Origin: the human T2T-CHM13v2.0 reference genome, Homo sapiens
Strand: one strand, 5' to 3'
Assembly (NCBI RefSeq): GCF_009914755.1
Contig: NC_060930.1
DNA: 64,000 nucleotides
Shown: positions 1-13,614 of the stretch, piece after piece
Layout of the letters: every line of letters starts with the position of its first letter
Numbering within the stretch: position 1 is the stretch's first letter
Notes under the pieces: model-generated
What the model was told of the DNA's origin: nothing
The model's input: the letters and a program-made list of their open reading frames with translations, nothing else
The model's database searches: none
Program-made: the position numbers and the translations under genes

Positions 1-68
1 CAGTAAATGTTTATTGTTTCAAGCCACTATGTTTGGGGTAATTTTTTATGCAGCAACAAGTTATACCA
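1..68 (+). mobile_element. MLT1 (MaLR) LTR 3' end
   Basis: ttattgtttcaagccactatgtttggggtaattttttatgcagca resembles the MLT1 terminus. Confidence 0.55.
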
Positions 69-509
69 ACTTTAAATACACTCAGGTAAAAGATTTAGTC
101 TTTACTCATTCCTAGTATTTAAAACAGCTGAAGACTGAAAATAAATGATTTCTGTTGTCTAATGCATTTTTTTTCTTATTGCAGCTTAGGCCATTGTTAA
201 GATTTCAACAATGACTTAGAAATATTCCAGTAAAATCTAACAAATAGCAAAGACTATTAATAAAGACCCTGAGATCCAGACAGTGAGAGTCATCTGAAAA
301 GAGGGAGCTGGTAGATGGCACTGAGAATGATCTCATGTCTCCTGTGGGGAGCCGGGGGTGGGAGAAGTGAATTCAATGCTATCTAGAAGTGGCCTTCTCA
401 TCAGCAGGTGAAATACATTTCTGAGAGCAGAAATTTAAAATTTAGTTGGTTCCTACTTCAAGGAGCTGGCACATTCAATAATAAGCAGGTATCATCTTTA
501 TCTGGGAGA

Positions 510-700
510 TTCTGTTCATTAATTCAAAAAACATTTTATTGAGCACCAATTACATGGCAGGCATAATGTTGTGCTCTAAGGCTGTAAAGCTGAACTATGT
601 ATAAACCCTGTCATCAAGGAGCTTATAGTCTAGACATGAATAAATAAATGATCACATCACAATTTGATGAGAGAAAACTAGAGACAAGTACAAGGACAAG
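510..700 (-). mobile_element. L2 3' fragment
   Basis: ttcattaattcaaaaaacattttattgagcacc...ccctgtcatcaaggagcttatagtctag. Confidence 0.6.
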
Positions 701-2259
701 AAGCACAAAGAAGGGGCCCCCTCCTCTTTCCTGGGAACTGTCAAGACAGGTTTATTGGCAGATGTGGACAAATAAGAATTTAAAGAGCATGTTAAGAACC
801 AGTCCTAAGATTATGCCACAATTGCTAGTTTTTTCCTATTTCAGGGCTAGTGCTCTGCTGTTTGGAAGCTAGTGTGTGTCTTTATTATTCATTGGTTACA
901 ACTTCTATAGCCTGTGAACTTCATTTCTCAGCTGTCAGATTCTCATGTGAAACATTAGACTGGGCGAGGCCATCTCTTCTCCAGGCCTTGGCAGCATCCA
1001 CTGTGTGGGGAAGTTACTGCCATGGAGTCCTTATTCAGCAACCATACTGTACGCATTGTTGCTGCCACTAAAAAAACAGGTTGGTTCCTTTCCCTCAGGA
1101 GCTTGGTGCCTCACACCAGAATGACCAAGAGGGAGAGGAGACATGAAGAAAAGATCATGTCAAACAAAAGACCAGCCAGCTGACTGTCCTTGGTCTCTCA
1201 TCCCCTGTCCTCTTCAGGTCATTAGACTGGGAAATGGAGAGGGGACAGGGAAGAGGGACAGATATTAGCAGTCAGATAGAAAGAGCTCCAAACTAAAAAA
1301 AAAAAAAAATCATAAATCTTAGTCTATAAATAGATGTTATTTTCATGTGAATTGGGATATAAACCATAAGCAGTTGCTTAGGTCTCAATTGCAGCAATTA
1401 GATCCATGGCCCTTGCTTTTCTCTAGAGGGGTACCCATCATTTACTGATAATGAATTATGGTAATTCTATTGTGGGAACAGTGCAGGCCATTAACTGGCA
1501 ATCAAAAAGAATTAAATAAAAGTGTGTCTAGATGATATTCTGTATAGTACAAAGAGAGTTCTGAAGCAACTGATAAATTTATCTGGACATAAGTTACTAG
1601 GGCAATATGAATAACACATTATATTTATTATTGTCTTCTTTACTGAAAGCAACAGCATCAAAATTAAAAACAATTAAATAGAAATTGTAAAATTTCTAAC
1701 TATATAAATTATATCCCTTTTTAGGTCTAATTTATCTTTAGATTTCCTGTTGTCAGACTTCATGGAATTTATATTTCTTACGATGTAAACATTTAATATA
1801 AAATACAAAGACTTGTGATAATTTTGGCTAACATGTGCTCCATATGGTTAACGTGGTCATATCTAATACTCATTAATTTGAGGAATGATAAAATAAATTA
1901 TGGTATTTCCACACTACCACACTCAATAGGATGTACCTGTAGTCATAGTTTGAAAGAATATTTAATCAGATGAGAAAATACTAATACTATTAAGTAAAAA
2001 GAAAAAAGAAAGAATACTCATAATGTGTATAGCATGACTCTAAATTTATTTAAACATTTGTTAAAAAATTTGCAGGAACAATATGTCAAGTGATCACAGT
2101 GATCATCTATTTGGTAGTAGTATGACTGATTTTTTACTTTATTGTTTGCATTTTCTCACAATTTTTCAAAATTTCTATTAAAATCATGCTTACCTTTTGC
2201 CATCAGAAATAACAACATATGATATGAATTAGTAAAACTAACAAAACATAACACTACGC

Positions 2260-2640
2260 ATGTAGGCTGCTGTGCTTGTCATTCGCCAGCCTGTCCTCAG
2301 GCCCCTTTGCCAATTGGCTTCTGATTAGGTTTAGCCAGTCAGAAGCACCAGTGGGAACTGGAGAGTAAGGAGGAGAGGAGAAGCCAGAATGTAGCCTTCA
2401 CTCCATGGTCCAAGATACCAGTGGGGCTCCAGCTCCCACCAGGCAGCCCAGACTCCTGAGGACTGAAAAACCTCTTTCTCCCTTTTCCCTCCAGCTTGGG
2501 GCAGGGAGAGGAAAGTGGTGTTGGGGTGAGGGATGGGATAGGGTGTAGAAGTGGCTTCCTGCTCTTGTTAATCTCTGGGTTGCCTCACCATCCCATCTGG
2601 CATTTAACTCTAGTTGAATTAAATTGCTATCATGAGCCTA
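2260..2640. mobile_element. Old ERVL-type LTR (LTR33-like)
   Basis: ggcttctgattaggtttagccagtcagaagcaccagtgggaactggag motif. Confidence 0.4.
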
Positions 2641-5529
2641 TGCCAATGGATTAGTAGTCATTTCCTGAAGCACTGTGCTGAGAAGAATTCTGAGTCCTCA
2701 CACAGGACAGACCTATACAGGACAGATGCTATACAGGACAGACCTGCGTGATTAGAGATGACTGCTAAGGGTGAGAGAGTTTATAGTAGAGTCCTATATT
2801 TGCCAACCCTTCCCTAGATACATAGAGTGACAGAGTGGAAAGATAACCTAACTGGGAATTTTATTTTCATTTCTATGCCCTCGCTCATTGTGTCCTTAGG
2901 CAAGCGATTCAACTTCCTTAGATTCCCAAGCCAGCTTCTCATATTGGCCAACTGGACCACAGCTCATCTGAACAGATGTTGTTGCATGGTACTCTGGCAT
3001 CGAAAACATATCTGTGCAGCCAAGGGTATGGGTCAATTCCAACAAGAGTCTGTGTATGGCTGACACTTGGAATGGTAGAGGGCTGGGTCAGAGGGAGCTG
3101 TTAGTTATTATTTAATCTGGGTGGGGAAAAAAGAGACCTGTGTTCTAAAACGTTTTCCATCCCTGTCAGCAGCTGGAATTCTACCATTAGACAGTATTCC
3201 TCTAGGTTAACACATTGTCCATCTCGTAACCTCTGTTTCACGAATTCATGACTTAGTGTGAATTAGTTGACCTGACAGGGAGATGAGGGCAGGAAGTGAC
3301 AAAATGGGAACTCTATTTTTGGAGGATAGGGCACCTTTTATAGAGACTCTGCCCAGTTGAAGGGAGTCTGTCAGTAAACAGAAGAAAGATGTGTTCAGAA
3401 GGTAGATGTGGGGGTCTGACAAAACAAAGTTGTCCGTTTATTGAAGTATAGGTGATTCCCAGGGCCTGCTGTGCCTGTGGAGACTAGTTGAGTAATGGGG
3501 TTGAGTTCATCAATCTGTCTCCTGGGAATGCAAGAGGAAAATATTATAATTGGCTCAATTTTCTGCCTACATTTTCTAAACTGGCTTCCTTTCACCTGCT
3601 GTAAATTTAATGTACAACAGACTAGTGATGATCAGGCCTCATTATTTTATAGTCACCCTCCTAATGCACAAGTTGTTTCTTGCTTTTAAAAAAAGGCACA
3701 TAGAACATCTTATTCTTGAAGCTCCATCTTCCTTAAACATATTTATTTTATATACGTTTCTAGTCTTCATTTGGCAAAGTCAGAAATTAGTTCATTGCTT
3801 GCTTTCCAGCATCATTAATGATTTTATTGACTTTTAGTTCTATTGATGAACAATGGTTTTGATACAATTACTACTGTAAAAGGAAAAGTCATTAAATCTT
3901 GTTTAAATGTTATTTATTTCTCCTTATCATTACTGTAGTCTTAATATTTAATTCACCTGTCTGTTCATAAAGTAACAAATAAAAGATCATGGCAAAGCAT
4001 GATGAAAACATTAATACAAACTGCCTTAAAATATTTAGAGAGCAATTTGCAAAAAAGTTGATAAATTCCTAGCCAAATAAATAAATAAATGTAAGTTGCT
4101 TTCAAATCACTTTTGAAAGATTAATACATTTTTGGAGAGCCATGTGCAAGGAAAAGTGTTAAAATCTTAGCAAAAAAATTAAAACTGTTGTTTTAATTAA
4201 AAGTTGTTCCTGATACTTTTTGAAAGATTACAATATTTATTTTAAAAGCTCCATTAGCATTTCTTTATCTAATGTATATTCTCACATTATGTATAAAATG
4301 ATAATATGAAGAAATGATAGATTTTTCTCAATATTGCAAACCAATTGGTCCGTACAATGGCTCAGGTGTTTTTCTCCTCAGTTAAATGACGGTTGACTTT
4401 ATGTTGAAAATCTGTTTCCATAAGTTACAGCTCAGAATTGACTTTTAGAAGAGTTCACATTGCCCATGTCTTCCTTTTTTACAACTTTGTCTCTGTATAA
4501 ATAGATGGGATTAAGCTGTTATCTATTGGTGTAAATTGAGGGATCCAAGAAATTTCTCTGGCTCCAGACATCTCTTCAACAGCTTGTCACAAGAGCTGGA
4601 ATCCCACACTGAAGAGGTTTTGCATATAAAAGTTGCCTGTGAAAATGCAAACATTTCGGAAGGGCTAACACCTAATAAGGACCTGGTTTTTCAATGGTGG
4701 TACCAAGGCTTTTGAGTGTAGGACACACCATATGTATCTGTAGAAGAGCAGGGCAGAAATACTGGAGGCCATGAGGGAGAGATGGAAGGAGAACTGGGCA
4801 GGTCCAACAGGCAAATGGGAGTGAGCTAGAAACATTCTCAAGTCTGTGGCTATTAACTCTCTACTCAGCACTATTGCCTCTTTGAAGCTCCCTTAGAATA
4901 TTGATTACTTCCATTTTCTTTCCTGGAACTTATCTGAGCCATCTTTTTTCCCCCACTTGATTGTTTTTAAAGTCTTTCTTGTATTATTTTTCAAATTATT
5001 CCATGAGTTTAAATCTCATCTTCCCCACTAGAATATGAACTTTTTAGATAGACGCTGCTTTTTTTTTTTGGTATTTTCATAAACCCTAGGGCAATGCAGG
5101 GCATGCAATAGGTATTTACTAATAGATATTGAATTGAATTTCTTCTAGCACTTAAAGAAAAATTTAAAATGCTTGATATTCACAAATAGCTTTACAGGAC
5201 ACAATAAGGAATGCTTGAATTTATTAAGAGTAGAATCCCTATGTACTAAATAAATCTTCAGCTGTGACTGGTGTAAAAAATACCATTGATCCTCTACTTC
5301 TAACTGCAGAGATAGCGAAACTGAAGGTTTGAGAGAGGGCTGGCTGATGAGACGCCACCTGGGGAAGTGACAAGTTACGAGCCTTCTCGGGGTGACCTTC
5401 TCACATGACCATCCTGAGGGCTCCTCTTGCTCTCAGTTAAGCCTGTGAGGATTCTTTTATCTTTACAGCAAATCCAACAACTGTCTCTATAATTTTGATG
5501 ACCTCTTTGTTTTCATTAGTTGTGGAGGA

Positions 5530-5735
5530 AATAGCCTTGGATTCGGAATAAATCTGAGTTCGATTGCCAGGATCGCTACTTACTAGCTCTGATGCTGGAC
5601 CAGTTATTTACTCATCTGAACCTCTTTTCTTAAATGGGTGTAATAATAGTACTGCTGTGCTTTTTAAGTGTAATATGCTCCACAAAAGTTTGTTGCAGTT
5701 ATGTGTTAATATGATGCTGAAAACACCTATTAGGT
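5530..5735 (+). mobile_element. MIR
   Basis: MIR core gctacttactagctctgatgctggaccagttatttactcatctgaacctc. Confidence 0.6.
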
Positions 5736-5739
5736 AGTG

Positions 5740-6421
5740 CAGGTTGGGCATCCCTAACTTGAAAATCCAAAATCTGAAATGCTCCAAAATCTGAAACTTT
5801 TTGAGGAATAACATGACCCTACAAGTGGAACGGTCCACACCTGACCTCATGTGATGGGTTGCAGTCAAAATGCTGCTGTATAACACACAGCGTCTCCAAG
5901 GGAAAAATGACCCTCCCAGCCCCCTTCAGCTGCTGTCATTTCACAGCTGGTGCAGGTGTTCTGGTGATGTTACTGGGCTGCTTAGTTCCCCTGAACACAT
6001 TATTTTTCACTGTATTAGTGGTGTTAATGGTCATATTTTTTACTGCTAAGTATTGTTGTGTGAATAAGTTTAAGAAAGTGATTGTTTATTGGTTGGATGT
6101 CAATATAGAGTCAGGAATGATGGTGATGCCAAACAACCACAGATGTCCACATGGGTGGCTGAGAGAGTGACGCCTTTACTTTCTGATGGTTTGATTTACA
6201 AAAACTTTGTCTCATGCATAAAATTATTCAAAATATTACATAAAATTACTTTCAGGCTATGAGTATAAGGTATAAGCGAGACATAATGAATTTTGTATTT
6301 AGACTTGGTCCCTTCTGCAGGATATCTCATTATGCATATACAAACAGCACAAAATAAAAAGAAATCTGAAATCTGAACCACTTCTGGTCGCAAGCATTTT
6401 GGATAAGGGATACTAAACCTG
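5740..6421. mobile_element. Tigger4 (Zombi)-type internally deleted DNA transposon
   Basis: TIRs caggttgggcatccct ... agggatactaaacctg and characteristic aaatctgaaatgctccaaaatctgaaac repeats. Confidence 0.8.
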
Positions 6422-6944
6422 CAGTCTAGAATATCTTTTATAACATATGAATATGGAAGAACATTTTGAAAATGGCAATTTTAAGTATAATCAGAAACTA
6501 GGATGAAAAATTTAACATCCTATAGTTATTAAAACTAGCAAAACTTACATGTGAAAATAATCAGGATAGTAAATATACCAAGTAGCTATAGGGCTAGTGT
6601 GCACTAATTCTGAATCCATTTTGTCAAGTCCCTAGAAAACAAATAATCAGTTCTTATTCTCCAAGTAAAGTTCTTATTCTGTCTCTCTACTTGAGAGGAG
6701 GAAATTACCTGAATTAGGTGGGAGATGTGGTGCCCAGGCAGGAGGTACTCGGGGGCAGATGTCTCTCAGTTTGGTTTATATAGGCTGGTCTACACCAAAG
6801 GGAACAGCCCACTACCTATGACTTCCTGCATCTTCTGGTGATAACATAAAGTCTCTCTTTTGCCCAAGTGAGTAAAAGAATCTCTTTCACCTGCCTAAAC
6901 AGGTCAGCTTTTTAGGATAATTCTTATTGCTGGAAAATGAAATG

Positions 6945-7075
6945 TTGCATTGCAGTTTTAAATCTTACCCGGGCCCTACCCTTAGAGATTCTGAGTTAAT
7001 GGGTCTGGGATGAAACTGCATATCAGGAGTTTTTAAAGCTCCCCAGATGATTCTAATATGCAGCTAAGACTGAGA
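6945..7075. mobile_element. MER5A-type hAT-Charlie MITE
   Basis: gagattctgagttaatgggtctgggatg...aagctccccagatgattctaatatgcagc. Confidence 0.65.
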
Positions 7076-7337
7076 GTGAGAGTCATTTCCCTAAAAACTC
7101 ACTGACCCAGCAGTAAGCATTGGCCTAGGTCTTAGCATGTTGAGATTTGCAACTGAGATGTTACCTAATGCATGACGAAAATATCTGTAGAATCTTCATT
7201 AATTATCTTAAGCAAATATTTCCAAAATTGCATTTCATTAAGCAAAATGCTACAGGGGAAAGGACTCATTTAGGGAGCTTTGACTGTAGTTTCCTAAAGT
7301 ATGGAAGGAAAAAAAAAAAAAAGGAGCCATTCCTTAC

Positions 7338-7519
7338 CTTATTATAGTGAATACAATGAGGATGTTGCCAACCAGCCCTGTTGAACAGATAATCCCAATC
7401 ATGGAAGGGAGGATGACTGTATCTACCACACTGGCAGTTTGATAAGCAAACTCTTTATTCCAGGATTTGTTTAAAAGTTCGGCAGAGGTGTTCCAACAAG
7501 ATGCATGAAATGGATTCAT
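7338..7519 (-). CDS. MCHR2: Melanin-concentrating hormone receptor 2, first coding exon (N-terminus + TM1; 182 nt, phase-2 donor)
   Basis: The translation [61 protein letters not shown] matches the MCHR2 N-terminus as I know it. It has two N-glycosylation sequons (NTS, NKS) and a class A GPCR TM1 with the GN motif. The ATG at 7519 has A at -3. The donor AAG|GTAAGG is at 7338/7337, so the ORF-track stop is intronic. Confidence 0.96.
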
Positions 7520-7546
7520 TGTTCGTGGACTTTCCAGGGATTAAAG
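7520..7546 (-). other. MCHR2: 5'UTR portion (27 nt) of the MCHR2 first coding exon; splice acceptor AG at 7548-7547
   Basis: The minus strand reads ctattacttcacag|CTTTAATCCCTGGAAAGTCCACGAACAATG: pyrimidine tract plus CAG. This implies an upstream non-coding exon. Confidence 0.8.
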
Positions 7547-8316
7547 CTGTGAAGTAATAGGAAGTGATTTATTTAGTGAACATTCCCTCAATATAACTTC
7601 CTTTACCTAATTCAAATAATATTTTTTGGAACCTCTTTTTTAAAACCAAGATTCCATGGAACACAGGATTCCAGGGTGAGTATGATTGGTCCCTGTTCAT
7701 AGTAATCTCACAGATTACCACAAGAGATAGGTAAACAGCAAGTTACAGAACAACTTGAGAAGCATCATGATAATCTTTGTATCTTACCACATCTTACTGT
7801 ACTATATGCTTTGAGCATAGGTGATATTTAGCTAGTATATACTGGTCCTGGTTGTTTACAGATCACGTCTATTCTTATTGGCCTGCAGATCTGTTCATAT
7901 TGGCTAGTATTCTTGTAACACTTATGTTGTTAAATATATCCTCTCTGTCTGCTATAAAATGCATGGGGTCTACTGAACTCGGATTGTTTAGAAATGGAAT
8001 GGGTAAGACCTCCTGATGTGATTATTGGACTATGTTGAAGCATGAGGGAGAGTTAGCTCAGCAAATTAGAGTTGTGGGAAGGGAAAAGTGTTGTAGCCAG
8101 CGGAGGCACCATGTGCAAAGAAGTATTCAAGGCCAAATGCTCACTGCCAAAAAATAAACAAGTAAATAAAGCAAAATAGAACTAGAAAATTATTTGCTTG
8201 ATCAAACTTTTGATAAAAGACATTTTAAAAATATCATCTAAGTCTGGTATTTGGAAATGATAAATTGGATTACTCAGATTAATCTTCCCACTGAAAATAA
8301 AATATGCTGGACAAAA

Positions 8317-8337
8317 TGTGTGTGTGTGTGTGTGTGT
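8317..8337. repeat. (TG)n microsatellite
   Basis: Directly visible. Confidence 0.9.
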
Positions 8338-8849
8338 ATTTATATTTATGTGTGTCTGCGTGTGTGTATACAGCAACTTAAAAATACTCAAGGTCTGAAA
8401 AATCAGTGGGCATTCCCTGGCTAGGTTTTGAATGAGATCTTGAAAAGTAAGTGGAATACTGAAGCACCAATGCTATCTTGATTTAGAAGGCACTTATGGA
8501 TGACATAACATTTGAAGTCTGGTTCCATGTCTGGATGAAGTCCAGAGAAAAATCAGGGTCCAGGGCCTACTGAGGCTGGGGAATCTTACAGGAGATACCC
8601 TCTTCTGAGCTGGAGCCTCAGGGGCTTCATAATTAAGTGTATTTTATCTAGTCAGATTAAGAAAGTTCCCTCTATTCCCAGTTCAGCAAGCATTTTTTAT
8701 CATCAGTAGATTTTTAGTTTAATATTAAAGATGCTTTTTCCATCAATTGAGAGAGAGATGTGATTTTAAAAAAATGTTCTTCATTTTCATTTGGTTCCTT
8801 TTCATGTCTGTCATGTTACTTTGATAATTGAATCTCCCCTGAAGAGAAT

Positions 8850-9960
8850 TTTAATCATGAAATGCTGAACATTTCCCTTTCAAAACATGAAAGAATGTCC
8901 ACTATCACCACTTTTCTTCAATATTGGACTTTTCTAGTACAATGGGGGAAGAAAAAAATAGGATGTATGAGACTTGGAGAGTAAGAAAGTCTCAGAGTTG
9001 TTATTACGTAACTCTAAGAGAATTTAGTAAGTTTGCTGGATATAAAAACAAGCAAAAATTTAATTATATTTCCATATATTTTCTACAAACCATTAGAAAA
9101 AGAAAGTTTAAAAGAGTTAACATTTAATTGTTAAAAATATATATACCTAATGCTAAACTCAGCAAAAATTTGTAAGAACTCTACTGGAAAAATTATAACA
9201 TTTAACTGATGTTAAAGAAAATTTGTAAATGGAGAAAAATACCAAGTTAATGAATTTGAAGACTCATTAATCTATAGATGTCAATTTTCCCCAGACTGAC
9301 TTATAGATTCAATGCAATTCCAATAAAATTCCAAGTTTTATTCTGTGAAAGATGATAACATACTACTTCTGAAATTTAAACATAAAAGGCTAAGAATACT
9401 AAATAAACTCTTGAAAAAAGAGAATCAGATAGAAGGACTTAATTTATTTGATACTAAGACAAATTATAAAGATACAGTAATCTACACAGTGTGATATTTG
9501 AATAGGGATAGACAAATAGGTCAAGGAAACATTAAAGAGAGCCCCCAAACAGACCCATACATATATATTACACTTGATATATGAAAAGATGTCACTTTAG
9601 AGAAGTGAGGAAAGAATGGACTCTTCCATAAATGGTGCTGGGACAATTGCCTGTCTAAATGGAAAAAAAAACCAATCTCACCTATATAAATATATATTAT
9701 ACATACACATATACATGAATTCATATATGCTTACATACATTTATATGCACATTGATTTGAAATCTATATGTACATAAAAATAAACTCCATGTGACTTAAA
9801 AACAAATGTAAAAGGCTTTTAGAAGTGAATATAGAGTATCTTTAGGTCCTTGGAGTAAAAAATTCCATAAACAAGACACAGATGTTTAATAAAAACCAGA
9901 AAAATTTGATTACAATGAAAAAAAAAATCTGTTCATTAAAAGACACCATTAAGATGGTAA
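8850..9960 (+). mobile_element. Ancient L1M (L1ME-like) ORF2 fragment, left part
   Basis: Degenerate ORF2 DNA (e.g. tatagattcaatgcaattccaataaaattcc; aaatggtgctgggacaattg). Confidence 0.65.
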
Positions 9961-11003
9961 AACAGGAAATCTCAGACCCTCTTTCTCCCATGGCACCACT
10001 GATTCAACAGCCATACATGGAACAATTCCCTTTGTGAGAAATCCAGAAACCAGTTAAGAAACTTGCATCCAAGGCAAATGGGAAGCCAGCTACATCAAAG
10101 CCAATAGAAGAACCTGTGGCACCCTCTTGCCATAGTCTCTCTGGCACAGTGCCATATGATCGGGGGAAACTTCCAGCTTCTGGCTTCTCCCTGGGGAGAG
10201 AGAGAAAACTGGAGCACATGTCCATTGTTCTAACTTTCAAGGGGCTTCCTTGGGGACAGGTTTTTGTCTCATCTATCTCAGTGTACTGCCAGGGAATGGC
10301 ATATTCTGGATACCTGGGGGCTCCTTAGAACAAAAGAGCTGGGCAGTGTGCTGCTGCTCCAGAGGACCTGTGGTATAGCTGACAGAGGTCAATGCTGCTT
10401 GGCAGTATCTTCCTTAGGAGGAGTGAAGATTGGAGCATATATGCAGTGTTCTGGCTTTTGGGGGGTTTCCAGAGGGACTGGTTTCTCTATAGCTCAAACT
10501 GGGGCACTGATGAGACCTCATGTACTCTGGATGCCTGGAAGGCCACTGGGAACAAAAAGAGTCAGATGGCATGCTGCTATTTTGGAGAACCTGTGGTACA
10601 AAAGATAGATACCAATGGAAAAAGAAATTATGCGTTTCAGGAAAAAAGAAATTGGTAAATCTCTCTAAGTAGGAACCTAGACACACATGTCCAGAGGAGA
10701 CATGTCCACAGAAAATGTTTGAGATGTCCCCTGAATCTGTAGCTATGCTGCTTGGTGAAGATGTTTCCCTGTCTGGAGCCAGTCTACAAAGACTGGGAGA
10801 GGTAGCTATATTGTTAAAATGTGTAGATACCAATGCAAAGTTACAAGGAAAACAAAGAAGCGGAGAAAAATTGCCCAATCAAATGAGCCAAGTAAATTTT
10901 CAGAAATTGATACTAAAGAAACAGTTAGATACTAATTACCTGACAAATAATTCAAAATAACCACCATAAAGGTGATTGATAAACTCATTAAAACAATACA
11001 GGA

Positions 11004-11306
11004 GGCCGGGCGCGGTGGCTCACGCCTGTAATCCCAGCACTTTGGGAGGCCGAGGCGGGCGGATCACGAGGTCAGGAGATCGAGACCATCCTGGCTAACA
11101 CGGTGAAACCCCGTCTCTACTAAAAATACAAAAAATTAGCCGGGCGAGGTGGCGGGCGCCTGTAGTCCCAGCTACTCGGGAGGCTGAGGCAGGAGAATGG
11201 CGTGAACCCCAGGGGGCGGAGCCTGCAGTGAGCCGAGATTGCGCCACTGCACTCCTGCCTGGGCGACAGCGAGACTCCGTCTCAAAAAAAAAAAAAAAAA
11301 AAAAAA
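11004..11306 (+). mobile_element. AluY, AluYe5-like, young, full length
   Basis: Ye-type diagnostics GGCGAGGTGG, GAACCCC..GGGGCGGAGCCTG and GGCGACAGCGAGAC. CpGs nearly all intact. TSD AAAACAATACAGGA at 10990-11003 and 11303-11316. Confidence 0.9.
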
Positions 11307-11980
11307 CAATACAGGAACAAAATGAGAGTTTCAGCAAAGGGATAGAAAATATAAAAAAGAACCAAACAGATTTTGGAGCTGAGAAATGCAACAATTGAAA
11401 TGAAAAATTCACTATAAAGTTTCAACAGCAGACTTGATCAAGCAAGAGAGAGAATCAGAAAATTTGAAGACAACTCATTTGAAATATAAACTAGGCAGAG
11501 GAGTAAAAAGAAACAATAATAATAATGATAATAATAATAATAATAATAGGTAAAAAAAGCCTTAAAGACTATTGGACACCACTGAAAGGATCCATATACA
11601 TGTTATGGGCATCTCAGAAAAAGAAGAGAAAGAAAGGGACAGAAAGCTTATTTAAAGAAATAATGGCTGAAATCTTCCTAAATCTGGGAAGGGAAATGAA
11701 CATCCAGATTCAAGAAGACCAGCCTACCTCAAATAGGCTACATCAAAAGAAGTCCACAAAGACAACAGAAAATTTTGAAAGCAGCAAGAGAAAAATGATT
11801 CAAGGGACTTCCAATACATCTGTTAGTGGATTTCTTAGCAGAAACCTTGCAAGCCAGGAGAGAGTGGGATGATATAGTCAATGTGCTGAAAGAAAAAAAC
11901 TGTCAACCAAGAATACTATGTCCAGCAAAAATATTCTTTGAAAATTAAAGAGAGATAAAGACTTTATCAGATAACAAAAG

Positions 11981-13560
11981 CTCTTCAAGGAGAACTACAA
12001 ACCACTGCTCAACGAAATAAAAGAGGACACAAACAAATGGAAGAACATTCCATGCTCATTGATAGGAAGAATCAATATGGTGAAAATGGCCATACTGCCC
12101 AAGGTAATTTATAGATTCAATGCCATCCCCATCAAGCTACCAATGACTTTCTTCACAGAATTGGAAAAAACTACTTCAAAGTTCATATGGAACCAAAAAA
12201 GAGCCCCCATAGCCAAGACAATCCTAGGCAAAAGGAACAAAGCCAGAGGCATCATGCTACCTGACTTCAAACTATACTACAAGGCTACAGTAACCAAAAC
12301 AGCATGGTACTGGTACCAAAACAGATCTAGACAAATGGAACGGAACAGAGGCCTCAGAAATAATGCCACACATCTACAACCATCTGATCTATGACAAATC
12401 TGACAAAAACAAGCAAGGGGGAAAGGATTTCCCATTTAATAAATGGTGTTGGGAAAACTGGCTAGCCATATGCAGAAAACTGAAACTGGACCCCTTCGTT
12501 ACACCTTATACAAAAATTAACTCAAGATGGATTAAAGACAGAAACATAAGACCTAAAACCATAAAAACCCTAGAAGAAAACCTAGGCGATACCATTCAGG
12601 ACATAGACATGGGCAAAGACTTCATGACTAAAATGCCAAAAGCAATGGCAACAAAAGCCAAGATTGACAAATGGGATTTAATTAAACTAAAGAGCTTCTG
12701 CACAGCAAAAGAAACTGTCATGAGAGTGAACAGGTAACCTATAGAATGGAAGAAAAATTTTGCAATCTACCCATCTGCCAAAAGGCTAATATCCAGAATC
12801 CACTTAAACAAATTTACAAGAAAAAAACAACAACCCCATCAAAAAGTGGGCAAAGGATATGAACAGACACTTCTCAAAAGAAGAAAAAAAAAGCGTTTTA
12901 GGAACACTTTTTTTTTTAGAATGTTTTAGGAATGCTCTTACACTGTTGGTGGGAGTGTAAATTGGTTCAACCATTGTGGAAGACAGTGTGGCGATTCCTT
13001 AAGGATCTAGAACTAGAAATACCATTTGACCCAGCGATCCCATTACTGGTTATACACCCAAAGTATTATAAATCATTCTACTATAAAGACACATGCACAT
13101 GTATGTTTACTGAGGCACTGTTCACGGTAGCAAAGACTTGGAACCAACCCAAATGTCCATCAAGGATAGACTGGATTAAGAAATGTGGCACATATACACC
13201 ATGGAATACTATGCAGTTATAAAAAAGGATAAGTTCATGTCCTTTGCGGGGACATGGATGAAGCTGGAAACCATTATTCTCAGCAAACTATCACAAGGAT
13301 AGAAAACCAAACACTGCATGTTCTCACTGATAGGTGAGAGTTGAACAACGAGAACACATAGACACAGGGTGGGGGACATCACACACCAGGGCCTGTTGCG
13401 GGATGGGAGGCTGGGAGAGGGATAGCATTAGGATAAATACCTAATGTAAATGTCAAGTTGATGGGTGCAGCAAACCAACATGGCACATGTATACCTATGT
13501 AACAAACCTGCACATTGTGCACATGTACCCTAGGACTTAATGTATAATAATAATAAAAAA
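11981..13560 (+). mobile_element. 5'-truncated L1PA (L1PA5/6-like) 3' ~1.6 kb
   Basis: ORF2 C-terminal peptides ([29 protein letters not shown]), an L1PA 3'UTR and an A-rich tail; no TSD visible. Confidence 0.9.
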
Positions 13561-13614
13561 GAATATGAAAATCATGTCAAGTATCTTTTCCAACCACAAT
13601 GGAATGAAATCTAT

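Noticed and set aside
5738-6423. Tigger4 flanks reading TG...CA instead of TA...TA
   Set aside because: Two ordinary transitions explain it; not evidence of a different element.
1-7337. Further MCHR2 coding exons (TM2-TM7)
   Set aside because: No GPCR-like peptide in the ORF track here; they presumably lie beyond the left edge of the window.
10683-10707. p53-like pair ACACATGTCC-5nt-AGACATGTCC
   Set aside because: The 5-bp spacer is usually non-functional and the site lies in old L1 5'UTR repeats.
11095-11412. Alu-derived ORFs (also 20963-21241, 38631-39089, 43191-43553, 55536-55951, 57848-58191, 62944-63180)
   Set aside because: Standard Alu translation products, not genes.
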